From: Hyaloraphidium curvatum SAG 235-1
Lineage: Eukaryota; Fungi; Monoblepharomycota
Length of the DNA: 64,000 nt
Assembly: GCA_025558095.1 (NCBI GenBank)
Contig: JAIVFI010000017.1
Location: forward strand, 310,001 to 374,000
Reading direction: 5' to 3'
Positions 24,065 to 36,495 of this stretch are shown in pieces. Position numbers and translations under genes: made by a program. Position 1 is the first letter of the stretch, and each line of letters begins with the position of its first letter. The notes beneath the pieces are model-generated. The model saw only the letters and a program-made list of their open reading frames with translations, was not told the origin of the DNA and did not search any database.

Positions 24065-27000
24065 ATGGAGCCCGGGACGCCCGTGGCCTCGCCTTCCCCG
24101 GCCTCCACCACCATTTCCTTGACGATTCCATACGTGGTCGTTGTTCCCAATGGCAATCCCGTTGAGGAAACCGATCGCTGGCTCGCTAATCTCTGCGAGG
24201 AGGCTGCTGCGTCGCAGCACTGCAGCGTCTCTTACGCTCGGGGAGAGACTACCAGCTATGTTCCTTCTCACCACCATCGCCCGATGATGCAACATACCTA
24301 TATCATCACGGTGGTCGGTGGCATGCGGGAAGCAATCAGCACCCGAGGAACGATCCTGCGAAATAACTTGACCCAGGTCTGTCAATGCGGTTCCACTCGC
24401 TGACCGAGCGACTGAATGTCCATTCTTGTTCTACAGACAACGGTCAGCATCAAGGCTTCTCGGAGATTCCTGATGGTCCCGGGAGGAGGCATGAAAGCCT
24501 CCGCGAAGCGGCGACTGGACAACATCATGCGGTCGACTCAGTGCCATTTGACGGTGCTCGGGCAGAACTTGCCCAAGGTGCCCGGACCGTCCTATAGGGA
24601 AAGCCATGATGTGGTCGACATTGAGATCACCGGAGTTTGGGAAGCAGTGGAGAGGGCACGGATCGAGACGCTAGTTTTCCTCGACGAGACGGTGGGTCAA
24701 CGATTTCCTCCCAGGACCGCAACCCTGACCCCTCTCCCTCTTTGCTAGACCGGTCTTTTTGCCGACACGGCCGAGATAGATCCCAAACTCCACCAGTCCT
24801 TGGCGGGTCGCAAGCGATCCGTGCTGAAGCAGATCATGCAGGACACCATGACCAACATCTACCTTCCCTCTCCCTTTGCTTTCCAACCCTCCAGGGAAGG
24901 CAACGTCGCTCTCGAGGATCGGGAGAAGATCCTCATCTGGATAACCGGGGATCGGTATGGAGTCCAGATGGCCAAGGAGGCGTTGCTTAGGCACGCGGAA
25001 GCAAAGGTCGGGAACCGCGTCGCGCCCCCGCAGTGCTCTCTCCTCACACTGCAATTCGCTTCCAGAAGGCGCAGATAGTCAGCCGTTCCGCTGCTTGCGC
25101 TCCGAGAAAGATCGATTGGATCCTCATGAATCGCAAGGACGCTCTCCGGAAGATCCTGCAGGACAACGGCGCCTTTGTCGTGTTTCCTCCTCTTGGGATC
25201 CACCACAACGTCATCACAGTCTTTGGAGACGACCGCGTCTACGTTGAGCGGACGCTTCGTCAGATCATGCTGCTGGTGAGCAGTCATTCGATTGGGAAAT
25301 GAAAGAGTGCTAACATGCAGGCAGACCACCGGCTTCTACGTTTCTTGCATACAGCTGTCCCAACCGGCATTCAATCTCCTGGGACCGGGCATGACAACCG
25401 CGGTCGCGGGCGAGCCCGTCTTTGCCTCAGTGGCCCGGACCGTACAGGCCATGCTGTCGCACGTGGCGCTAACTTGTCGCGCCGAGATCGTGCTCAAAAG
25501 CAACTTTGTCGAGATCTTTGGCACGGATCTGGCTGTCAAGTCGGCATTTGAGCAGCTTGTGGAGATCGACGCCATCAAGATGTATACGCGGGACACCAAA
25601 TTCCAGCTCGAGCTTGCCGTGGAACACCATGAGTTCATCAGCGGCAAGAAGAACGGCAAGGTCAACAAGATCGTGCGTTCCTCCGGATGTAGGGTCACCT
25701 TTCAAGAGAACTACAACGGATACAACATGCTAGTGGACATTCTGAATCCGTACCCCTCCAAAGCCCTGGAAGGACTGGCGCTGCTCGAGGTACGTGCGGC
25801 GCACTTCAACGCACCGCAAAAAGTTGCTCACATGCAGGTCCTCAGGAGGAGCTTCCTGCCGAACTCTCGTTCTGCGTGCCCGAGGCGTTCCACAAGCGAA
25901 TCATCGGAGTCGGCGGCAAGAACATCCAGCGCATCATGAAAAAGTTCGGCGTGTACGTCAAGTTTTCCAACGCGGAGGAGTTTGCCGAGCTCGGTGGCTA
26001 CTTTGAGAACGAGGACAACGTGATTGCGCGGACTCCGGCCAAGAACGCCAACAACCTCGAGAGCCTCAAGCTGGTGATCCTCGATCTCGTGAACAATGCA
26101 AAGGTGGGTGCAATCCGTCGGTCGCAATGGCGAACGAAAGCTAAACCCCCTTCTACATCAGGAGATGCAGGACGTCGAGGTCCCGATCCACATCCCGCGC
26201 GAGTTCCACCGGACAGTTGCGGGTCGCGGCGGCTACAACATCCGGGAGATCGAGAAGCGCACCCGCGTAACAGCCGCGTTGCCGGAGAAGGAATCTGGAT
26301 CGGGAGACATCGTCCTCAAAGGACCGGAGCAGTACATCTCGCAGGCCAAGGCAATGCTGCAGGACATCGTGCCCGAGATCACGGCAATCTACGTCAAGGC
26401 CACTCCGAGGGCGCGGGAGGTCCTCATGTCCGACGAGTTTCTGGATGAGATCGCGCTGCGGGCGAAGCAGAGCTTCGACGTGGACCTGCTGCCGTACGTG
26501 CCGAGAGATGAGGAGGATGTCGACCAGGTCTGGGTGGTTATGGAGCATAGGAAAGCCAGCCAGACCGCCGATGAGGGACGCAAATGGGTGCTGGAGTACC
26601 TCGCGGGGAAAAAGGTCCGCAACCGGCTGCGGGCGCCGTCAAGCGGTGTTTCTGACCACCGATCTCGCAGCTCGAGATTGAGCAAGTGGACCAAGCGCAG
26701 CGCACGCCAGCGCCGGAGCCTCCCTCGATGCCGATCACGACGGCTGCGGAGGCATTCCAGCACTTCAACAGCAAGCTGTTTGCACCTGTTCAGCCGTCGG
26801 AGTCGCCAAGCTACAGCTACTCCCTATTCGACACCGAGGGCTTCAAGGTGAGGAGGCGGATGGACAGCGTACCAGCAGACGTGGCTGACGTGCGATCTAC
26901 AGGCTGCACGAGGCGTCGGATCGGCTCCGAACCTGCGGTCGCTGTTTGACGAGAGCAGCAAGGCCGTCGGGGGCATGCGGCGCAGCCAGTCTGAGCTGGT

Positions 27001-27768
27001 CGACAACCTCTTCATGGACGCCATTGTCAACCGGAACCGAAGGCTCACGGAATCATCGCTCGAGGTTTGCATCCGCTTGTACTACCATTTCTTGCATGGC
27101 TGACGCTTCAACGTTCCAGTCCCCGGCTCCGAGTCTGTACGGCACGTACGATTCTCCAACCACCTTCTTCCCTCCTCCTGCGCCTTTTGGGCAGCGCGCC
27201 GCGGAAGAGTCGTCGACCTACATCAGCGACTCGCCGCCGCGGTTGGTCCCGCGCGCACGCACAGACTCGAGCGACGAGGGCACGATGAGCCCCGGCAACC
27301 CTTCCATGCGCGCCTGGTCTCCCCCGCGGTCGAACGATCGCGCCCCCTCTCCGCCCCGTCGTGGCTCGCCTCTGCGCTCCTACACCCCTATCGAGGAGAT
27401 CTTCGAGTCACCAGATCCGTCAGATGCCGAGGACATCATCCTTTCGGACGATCTCATCAACCGCGTACTCCGGATGGGAATGGCCGAGGCCGAGGAGGAG
27501 CCCACCAAGCACAAGGAGTACGCTCCCGTTCGCATCATCCTCGAGAGCTTGAACCTGCAAAAGTTCGTCGATCACTTCATCGAGCAGGAGGTGAGCACGG
27601 TTCCGGTGCGTTTGATCTTGCTACAGCTCACAACCCCGACAGATCGACTTTGGGACGTTCAAGCACTTGGATGATGCGGACCTGCGAACGCTCGGCGTCA
27701 ACACGCTGGGTTCCAGGAAACGGATTCTCGCTGCGATCAAGAGCATCTCGCAGTCGCCCATCAGCTAG
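24065..27768 (+). CDS. Multi-KH-domain RNA-binding protein with a C-terminal SAM domain (Bicaudal-C/Mug60-like)
   Basis: KH motifs FISGKKNGKVNKI, HKRIIGVGGKNIQRIMKK, VAGRGGYNIREIE. SAM: LESLNLQKFVDHFIEQE|IDF..FKHLDDADLRTLGVNTLGSRKRILAAI. Confidence 0.85.
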
Positions 27769-27967
27769 AAACTACTATCTTCTTAGTCACGATACCCGGG
27801 TCTTGCATTCCATGTATCTGAGCTCGAATACCCCAGGTTCTGATCATCATTCTTTCATTCTTTCATATCTATCCACTGGCAGTGATCGGTCCGACGCGGA
27901 TGTTGTGGCGAAAAGGTGGCGATTCTTCATTCCGCAGCGGAGCATTACCCTGTCTCCCGCATTGAAG

Positions 27968-28950
27968 ATGCCCTCCGCGGAACGCGTCAACCAGATCGCC
28001 GGCCACATCGACGCCGAAGCCACGAATGGCTCGGTCGCCGTGAGGGGCCCGGTCTCCGCGTCTCCGACCGTCGCGACGCCGGCCCCCGGGGTCAAGTGCG
28101 GAACCGCTCTCTTCGCCCTCCATTCTCCGCTAACTGCAGGTTCCCTCGGCCAGAATGAACTACCTGATCCGGCGCAAGCCCACCACTACGCGCGATGAGC
28201 TCATCGCCAACTGGTAGGACAATCGGCGCGGCCGCAACTCATCCACAGCTCATGCAGGCATTGTTTCCCGCTCATGCCGGCACTGCTGCGCGTTGTTTCC
28301 CGCGTAGGTTCGCGAACCACATGCCTGCGGTGATTGCCGGCACAAAGGCAGCCACGGATGCCGGCCGGGTCGGCGCCCGGCGGTACATCGCCACGCTCTT
28401 CGACCAGGCCGAGGCCAAGGGTGCGGAGCGCCCGTGGGATGGCGTCGCGCAGCTCTGGTGGGACAAGGAGCCGCCTAGCCCCAAGGAGCCCTTCGGCACC
28501 AAGCCCAGCGACACGTTTCAGGAGAAGGCCGAGCCCTACTCTCCCTGGGCAACGCGCGAGAATATAATCCTCGACGGATCGGAGCGCCTTGCGGTGGTGC
28601 CCAACACGCTCAACGCGCCGTTCCCGTGCACGCGCACCGGCTTCCTCAAGGTCGTCGTGATGGTCTCGGGCAAGCCGGGCGTCGACTACAACAAGTTCTT
28701 CGACCACTGGCTGAACGTGCACTCGAAGAACGTGGCCGGGGTCATGCAGCAGGTCGGCGGGTTCCGCTACGTCATCAACCTGTCGGTTCGGCCGGAGGAG
28801 GCGCCTTTCGCGGGCATGGCCGAGCTCTACTTCCCCGACGAGGCGTCGTACAAGCGGCAGATGGAGCTGATCAAGCCCGACGGGATGGAGAACTTCATGT
28901 CGAAAGCGGACTTCTACACGTGCCGCACCGAGATGGTTGGCATCCCTTGA
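27968..28950 (+). CDS. Tandem EthD-domain (dimeric alpha/beta barrel) protein with an N-terminal PTS2-like motif
   Basis: K|MNYLIRRKPTTTRDELIANW|FANHMP...WDGVAQLWW and KPGVDYNKFFDHWLNVH...FAGMAELYF. RVNQIAGHI at residues 6-14. 2 introns. Confidence 0.8.
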
Positions 28951-29066
28951 TCGTGCTGGGACCGAAGACGTGGGGGACTCTTGGAGGCGTTGGAACGACG
29001 TGCCTTTGGGCGACGAGAAGTCTTCGCGGTATCCATCTTTGTACAGCCGTGGTACATCCAGCATGG

Positions 29067-29960
29067 TCACTCGAGCCCGTTTGTCCGCCGTAGCTCGACG
29101 GCCTTGTCGTGCGGGGTCGCCAGCGGCGGCTGCGTCGGCGGCAGCACCTCGTCCCCCGCCGGATAAGTCATGTCGGCGTCGTAGTCCGCAAGACTCCCCG
29201 CCGCCACGAACGGCACGACGACCCTGTGTGGTCCCTCGGGGAGGTCCTCGACGCGGAACCTGGGGTCCAGCAGCGGGTTCTCCATCGTCGGCACGTAGCC
29301 CTCCGGCGGCGCGTAGCCCCGGCAGACGATGAACGCCTCGATGCTCGAGTTTCGCGAGCTCCGCGGCTTGGAGAGCACCACGTCGGGGAAAAACACCCGC
29401 ATCTGCGAGCAGAGCAGCGAAACGTCCCTCCCCCGGAATATCTTGGCCACAAACGCCCCCCCGGGCCTGAGTACGTGCGACGCGATGTTAAAGGCCGCGA
29501 GGAGCAGGTGCGCCTGTAGAAACTCGTCCATGTCGTGCAAGCCCGTCACGTCGGGCGCGCCGTCGCACACGACGAGGTCCGCGCGGTCCCCGCTGAAGTG
29601 CGAGATGATGCGCTCGGCCGTCTCGCGCTTGGTGATATCCCCCTGCAGCTGCACCACCCCGGGGATCGGCGCCATGGGCTGCAGGTCCACGGCGATGATG
29701 GTGGCGCCCGGCAGCCGCCGCGAGAGGACCTGGGACCAGCTGCCCGGGGCGGCGCAGAGGTCGACGACGCGGCAGCAGCCGTCGAGGAGGGAGAACTCGT
29801 CGTCGAGCTGCATGAGCTTGAAGGCGCTGCGGGCCCTCCAGCCCTCCTCTTTGGCCAATCTGTTCGGCTCCGGGCGGTAAATCCCAGGGCCTCAATGGTC
29901 TTCGTGGCACAGGCCATACCTGTACCATCTGTCGCGCTTGTCCTTCGATGCACGGCCCAT
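29067..29960 (-). CDS. TRM7: tRNA (Nm32/34) 2'-O-methyltransferase Trm7/FTSJ1
   Basis: [64 protein letters not shown]. Confidence 0.97.
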
Positions 29961-30151
29961 TTTGTGTCGTTCTCGTGCCCGCCGAGGCTTGAAAGAGGCC
30001 GAAACGCAACACGAGGTTGGGTAGGGTTGAGTGTTTACGGCCGTCTCAGAGGCCCCTCCTCAAGCCGCGCATAACTCCAGCTCCAAACGCGTCCCTGCCC
30101 CCGCAAATGGTCCCGTCGCTCTATCCCCACCGGTGACCTCCTTGCCCCGCG

Positions 30152-30818
30152 ATGGACGCCCGCGCCCGCCCTCCGGCCGCCAAACCCCCCGCCAAGCGGC
30201 GCCGCCGCGGCGGCCCGAAGCACTCGGACGTATGGGACGACTCGTCGCTGATCGCGGCGTGGGACGACGCGGTGCGGGAGTTCCAGGTTGGCTTGCTCGG
30301 TGTTCTCGGCCGGGAGGAAAGGGGCTGACGGTGACCTGTCGCGGGGGAAGATGTTCCACAGCGAGGACGCTGGTGTGCGCGCCGAGGCGGCCAAGCGGGC
30401 CACGGAGGACGGTGCGGAGGATGGGGAGGGGGGAGAAGACGGGGAGGTGCTCGAAGAGTGCGAGGAGGGGGAGTGGGAAGGCGGGGGAGGCGACGGGGCC
30501 GGGGATGCCGGCGGAGGGAAGGCGCAGGGGGGGCAGAACGGGCAGTGGGGACAGTACGGGGCTGGCGGAGCGGCGGACATCGCGATACCACCGCCGGCGG
30601 TCGGTGGGTCTCTGCCGGGGCCGGGGTGACAAGCCCTCAGACGCCTCACCCCATCGGGCCGGCCGCAGACGACCCGAACCTGGCCAACCTCGTCATGTCG
30701 TACTACTACGCGGGGTATTACGCCGGATTCTACGTGGGTCGGGGCGCGATGGCCTGCCGGAGCGGGGAACTGACACTCCGGAACGCCGTGGAAACAGGCC
30801 GGGCAGAGGGCGAGGTGA
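30152..30818 (+). CDS. SMN1: Survival motor neuron protein (Gemin2-binding N-terminus plus YG box; no Tudor domain seen)
   Basis: SDVWDDSSLIAAWDDAVREFQ; poly-Pro IPPPA; LANLVMSYYYAGYYAGFY|AGQRAR*. Confidence 0.9.
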
Positions 30819-31035
30819 ATGCAGCCGCGGCAGGGCGGCCGCGGGATCGATTAGAGGGGATACCAGTACAACCGTGACCGGCGCAAAGAGTGTAAATCAG
30901 CCGAAAGTCCGAAGTCCAGGCCCGCCGCCGAGCGTCCGGCCCCGCGGGAGTCCGATGTGTCCGTGCTTTCCAGGACGAGGGGGCGCCCCGCCACCGCCAT
31001 CGGATGCCCGGTCCGGTGCGGTGCCACGGCGGGGG

Positions 31036-31316
31036 CTACTTGCCCCCGCCCGCTTTTTCCTGCGCGGCCTTCTGCTGTTTTTCCCGCAGGATCTGTGCGT
31101 CGCGCTCCTTGCGCTGCGCGACGGTGAGGCCGTCGTCGGCGCGCTTGCCCTTCGATGACTCGCTCTGCTTCTTCGCGTTCTTCTCGCGGGCGAGCTCGCG
31201 CTGGTTGCCGCCTGGGTGCGGGCGCCGGGCCGGGGTGGAGAAACGGGGTGAAGGGGATGGGCGGGGGGGGTCAGCGGGGCGAGAGGGGGCGCCGGGCAGC
31301 TCATCCCACGGGTCAT
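31036..31316 (-). CDS. SERF: Small EDRK-rich factor (SERF/4F5 family)
   Basis: MTR|[15 protein letters not shown]...[22 protein letters not shown]; one intron after MTR. Confidence 0.92.
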
Positions 31317-31457
31317 CTCTGCGCGTGCGCCACTCGGCTACTCAGAGGCGGGTGAGCCGCGAGAGCGGGGAGAGAGGCGAGTCGGGTCAACTGTCGGCAG
31401 TGCTAGCTTGCGACTCACCGTGCGGACGATCATTTCTCGCGCGGCGCAGCAGACCGA

Positions 31458-33657
31458 ATGGAGGGGGCAACGGAGGCCCCGCCGGCAGCGCCCTCTGTGC
31501 CCGCGCTGCGGAAGCTGCCGCGTGTCGTCGTGCGCGAGGCGTCGCCCGGCGCGGCGGAGCCGAGAGTGGGCTACGTCCCGGCGGACCCGGCGAGCTGGCG
31601 GCTGCGGCTCGCGCCCGGCGCCCCGCTCCCCCCGCCGAAGCCGCGGCCGCCGCCGAAGCAGCCCGCGGAGCCCGCCCGCCGCCCGGACGCACCGCGCAGC
31701 GACGCCGTGACGCCGCCGTCGCCGCCGCTGACGCACGACGCCGAGCCGGCGGAGCCCCCGCCAAAGGCCGCTGCGGCACAGAGGCTGCCGGACGCGGAGA
31801 AGCGCAAAAAGCAGGACGCCAAGCCGGCTGACGGCAGCAGGCACGCAGACGGGCCCAAGCCGCCGAAAAAGGACCGCCCGAAGGACGGCGCCGGGTCCGC
31901 CGCCCCAAAGGACGGCTCGGCACCGCCAAAGCCCGCAAAGCAGGCCGGCGGCGATGCCAAGGGCGACGCCAAGCCCAAGCAGGACCAGAAACCGGCCAAG
32001 CCGCGAGGCGACAAAGACGCCAAGCCCGGCAAGGGCGCCGGGGACGCGGACAGGCCGGCCAAGCCGGCCGCCGCCCCGGAAAAGCGCCCCCGCGCCGACC
32101 CGCCCGCCTCCTCCGGCAAATCCGGCAGCGATTCGCTCCCCGCGCCCAAGAAGCCGCGGCTCGAGGAGGAGCGCCGCTCCGTGAGCCCGCGGCCGCCGAC
32201 GGAGCAGCAGCTCGAGGCGCAAAAGGCCGTCATGGCGCGCATCGCCGCCAAGATGGACCTGGACAAGGGGTTCGACTCGGACGCGCATTCCGAGACGTCG
32301 ACGTCGCCGCGCCGCAGGGCGCCCGCGGCGGCCGCGGAGCAGGCCCTGCCGAGGAAGCGGGACTGCCGCTACCTGAGCCAAAAGTCCATGGCGCCCGGCA
32401 CCGACGCCGCGGACGTGGTCAAGGACGAGCTGGACAAGTACGTGGCGTTCGGCGACAGCGAGGGCGGGAAGAGGACCGCGGAGACGGCCGAGGTGGTGGA
32501 GCTGGAGTTCCCCGGCGAGGGGGCATCCGAGCGGTGGGTTCCCATGAGCGTGATCTACCAGCTTTGCGCTCATCTGTCGCTTCTCTGCACCTTTCTGTGC
32601 CTCCTTTCGCCTCCCCCGTGCCAGGTATCCGCTCATCGAGCCGAAAAAGGCCGGCGAGCTGGCGCCCGTCGGGGACATCTACAACTCGGCCAAGCTCATC
32701 GTCCAATACGTCGTCCCCGCCGCGCACCGCGGCGATCTCGGCGACATCAACTCGGGCATCCTCCGTTCCATCATCAAGGCGTGCCACACCAAGAACCACG
32801 AGGCCCTCAAGGCCGCGATCGAGGAGTGGAACGCCAAGATGCGGAAGATGAAGGAGGACAACGTGTTCGCTTTGCTGGAGCTGCAGGCCCCCGCGGCACC
32901 GCAGCCGCTCATCAACCACATCCTGGAGCAGGCCTACTCCCGGACCGTGGCGCCCTACTCGGAGCTGCTGAACCAGTACCGCGCCTTTGGCAACAACGTC
33001 TACGGCGAGGTCAAGAGCGGCCTCGTGCGCGAGTTCATCAAGAACGCGCGCATCCAGCCGCACCACGTCTTCATCGACATGGGCAGCGGCATCGGCAACG
33101 TCGTGCTCCAGATCGCCGGCGAGGTGCTCGCCGAGTCGCACGGCGTCGAGGTCATGGACATCCCCGCCAAGCTGGGCGGCAGGCAGCTCAAGGAGTTCCT
33201 GAGCCGCATGCGGTACTACGCCCAGCCGTGCGGCAAGGTGCGGCTGCGGCACGCCAACTTCCTCACGGACCCCGAGACGGACGAGGTGCTCAAGCGCGCG
33301 GACGTCGTGTTCGTCAACAACTACGCCTTCGAGCCGAGGCTGAACCAGCTGTGCCTGGCAAAGTTCCTGGACCTGAAGGAGGGCGCGCGGGTCATCAGCC
33401 TGCGGAGCTTCGTGCACCAGGACCGGAGGATCAACTACCGCACCGCGGACGCGTGGGTGTTTTCGCACCTCCCGGCACCTTTTGCCCGTGCTGATCCTCC
33501 CGCGTTTCACAGTCTCGAGTCCATCTTCCGCGTCAAGGAGTTCCACTTCGGCACCGACATGGTGTCCTGGACGAACGAGGGCGGGCGGTACTTTGTCCAC
33601 ACGGTGGACCGGAGCATGCTGAGGAGCTATGCCAAGGAGGCCGGCGTCGGGCTGTAG
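31458..33657 (+). CDS. DOT1: Histone H3K79 methyltransferase
   Basis: ILEQAYSRTV, NNVYGEV, VFIDMGSGIGNVVLQ, VFVNNYAF, LKEGARVISLRSF, VSWT. Confidence 0.95.
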
Positions 33658-34020
33658 GTTGCTGCCGGCGGCTGTAGATGGCCAGGTCGCTGTTGTTGTG
33701 GGGCGTCCGGGATCGGGTGGGTGGGGTGGGGTCGCGCTGCTGTTCGCCCGGAAGCGGAGACGAGACATCTGTTAAAGAGCTCATTGTAGAGCTGTAATTG
33801 ATCTTTTGTCGCCCGATTGCGCGCGATCGGGTCCGTCTGGAGGTGACAGCCGACAGAGGGCAATCCCCGGCCCACCGCCACCTCCTTCACCTCCCGCGCA
33901 GCGCGGGGACATCGAGCCGGGACAAACCCGCCGTCATCCGGCGGCGCTCTCCCGCACTCCCGCAACCCGTCCCGCCCCCTCTTTCCCCCTTCCCGGCCGC
34001 CCCGCGGCCCCTCTGGCGCG

Positions 34021-34832
34021 ATGTCCAAGCTCGCGCTCAACAACGCCATTTCCCGTACCATCGCATCGATCTACTACAACGGACCGCTGCGGGCCTTCAA
34101 GCAGTGGTGGACGATGTGGGTCTTCCGCCTAGGCGCGTCCTGGACGGCCCGCTGACCGCGTCGCGCAGCCACGACCCCAAGATCGGAACCAAGGGTGCGC
34201 CCCGCCGCGGGGACGGAGCGGGATGCCGGGCTGACGAACGTTCCTTCCCCTTTATTCTCTCCATGGCTTGCGTTGTGCGCCTGCAGTTGGGTCGGATGCG
34301 CTGGGGAACGAGTACTACGAGAACCTGAACGAGGAGCTCGGTGCGGGCGCGCGTTTCCGCGCAAGGGGATGCGAGAGCTGACCGTCGGGACGGTACTGGT
34401 GCTTTGCTTTCTCGGCACTGCAGGCCGCGAGCGCTGGGTGGAGTACAAGCAGTGGTCATGGGGCGGGCAGGCCGACAAGGTCACCCCCGAATGGTGGGCG
34501 GGCTCTCGGCACGCGTGGTGGTGCGGGCACACTGAACGGCCGTCGCGCAGGCACGGTTGGCTTCACAAGATGCACGACTCCCCCGGGACCCCCGAGGTTC
34601 CGAGACCAAAGTGGGTTCGGCGGCCCGCCGCATGTCCCCGGTCGTGAACCGTTCGCCCGCAGGTACCTCACTCCCTACACCCCCAACTACACCGGCTCTC
34701 CGCAGGCGTACAAGCCGTACAGCACCACAAGGGCAAAGATCGAGTCGTGGACGCCGGTAAGTGCCAGAGAGCCGGGCTCGGATTGTTACCTTTAGCCCTT
34801 ACGTGGTCATCCAGGCAACGAAGCCGCGATAG
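34021..34832 (+). CDS. NDUFA12: Complex I accessory subunit NDUFA12 (B17.2); about 7 small exons, not represented as one ORF in the track
   Basis: Spliced: KIGTK|VGSDALGNEYYEN..|GRERWVEY...VTPEW|HGWLHKMHD...PNYTGSPQAYKPYSTTRAKIESWTP. Confidence 0.92.
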
Positions 34833-35022
34833 GGCCCTTCGCTTCAGTCTAGACCTCACTGAATGTACAAAGGTCTCGGAAGAAGCAATGACATCTGCCG
34901 ATATGGACTCGGGTTCACCATGCCTAATCATGCGAAGCGGACACCATTCGAAACCAGTTTGAGCCATTGTGTCCATTCTGCAATATACATCGGAGACAAG
35001 GCCGTGTAGAAGACGCAGCGAA

Positions 35023-35932
35023 TCAACGGTACGACTGTGGGGAGATGCGTCAGGCTTCGTTCAGCGCCATGAATAGCCAACGAAAAACCGACCTTCTGGT
35101 ATCGCGCGCGAGCGCCCGGCCCGCCAAACTTCTTCGGCTCCATCCGGCGGGGGTCGGCAACGAGCAAGCTCCTGTCGTACGACTTGAGCTTGTCGGCGAT
35201 CTCCTTCTTCGAGGCCTCGTCAACGTATTTCTGGTAGTAGGCAACGATGCCCTTGGCGACCGCTTGCCGGATAGCTGCGAACGATCCCTCACGTCAGCAA
35301 AGGACCACGAGGCGAAATGGGCACGGCAGCCACGCACCGTAGATCTGCGAAGTGTGACCACCGCCCTTCACGCGGATGCGGATGTCGACATTTGCGAACT
35401 TGTCCTTGCCGATGAGCAGGATGGGCTCGAACACCTTGTACCTCAGGATCTCGGGCTCGACGAGCTCGATGGGCGAGCCATTGAGCTTGATGAGGCCCTT
35501 GCCGCGCTTGACGTGGGCGACGGCGGTGGCGGTTTTCTGGCGAGGCAAGGTCCAGCATCAGCGATGTCCCAGAGAAGTATGCCCAAAGCGCCGCAGCAGG
35601 AGATTCGACTCTAGAGCATCCATCGGTGCCGGGGTGCCGGCAGAGCGCGAGCACCCCGTCGCCGCGACGGTCCCCAGCTCATGCCCCAGGGATGCAGCCT
35701 CGAAAGCAGCCATCCTCGCGCCATGGCCATCCTCGACATCGCTCTCGCCCCCAGAAGGTGAGGACGGCGCATCCAAAACCATCCACCGCCATAGTTCCCA
35801 GACCGCGCGTGCCTCGCCCCCGCCCGCTCCCGGCCCTCACGCCCCGCAGCCCAGTCCCCTTCGAACACAAAAGCGACTGAAAAAGATTCCCACCTTGCGG
35901 CCAAAGCACTGGACTGCCTCAACAGCAGCCAT
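35023..35932 (-). CDS. RPS16: 40S ribosomal protein S16 (uS9)
   Basis: VQCFGRK|[43 protein letters not shown]|SYR. Confidence 0.98.
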
Positions 35933-36495
35933 GGTGTCGAGACGGGGACGTGTTCCCGCCTGCGAACGCGACAGAGCCGTCAGAAAACGCCCAGCAAAAG
36001 ACCCCGCCAGCTGCGATGCCCCAATGTGCCAAGAGAGGCGCGCCGAAAGCGGCACAGAGACGATTCGCGGCCCAGTCTGGACTCCGAGGGCCGCCGCAGA
36101 GCGCCGCCGGCAGAGTCCCGAGCTGCCCGCCGAGCCCTCGCGGCAAGTTCCTGGCCCGCCCGGCCCGAGTCTGAAAGCAGGGCACCAACGCCGCTGCCGC
36201 TGCTCCGATTCCTCGCCACACAGCACAGAAGCTCACGTTCGCAGAGGCCGATGTAAGTGGTTGGTCGGGCGGATGTGGGCTAGGGTGAGAAATTGCCTGA
36301 CCCTGCTCAAAATTGACCGACGCTTGCTCGCTTGCTCGGCAACAACTCGCGCACGCCGAGCCGCTCCCTCGCGGCTGGACATCGCTTAGCACAGTCCGTC
36401 TGCCTTTGTTCTTGCCTTTGTCGCGGACCTGCCCCGTAGACTGTGCCGCTCGTGGACTGGGCACGCCTTGCTCCAAACCCTCGAACACGAACGCG

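Noticed and set aside
34836-34945. Possible minus-strand box C/D snoRNA (cgcttcgc-ATGATTA...CTGA-agcg)
   Set aside because: Box C is imperfect, no rRNA guide was recognised, and it lies in overlapping 3' UTRs. An Rfam/snoscan run would be needed.
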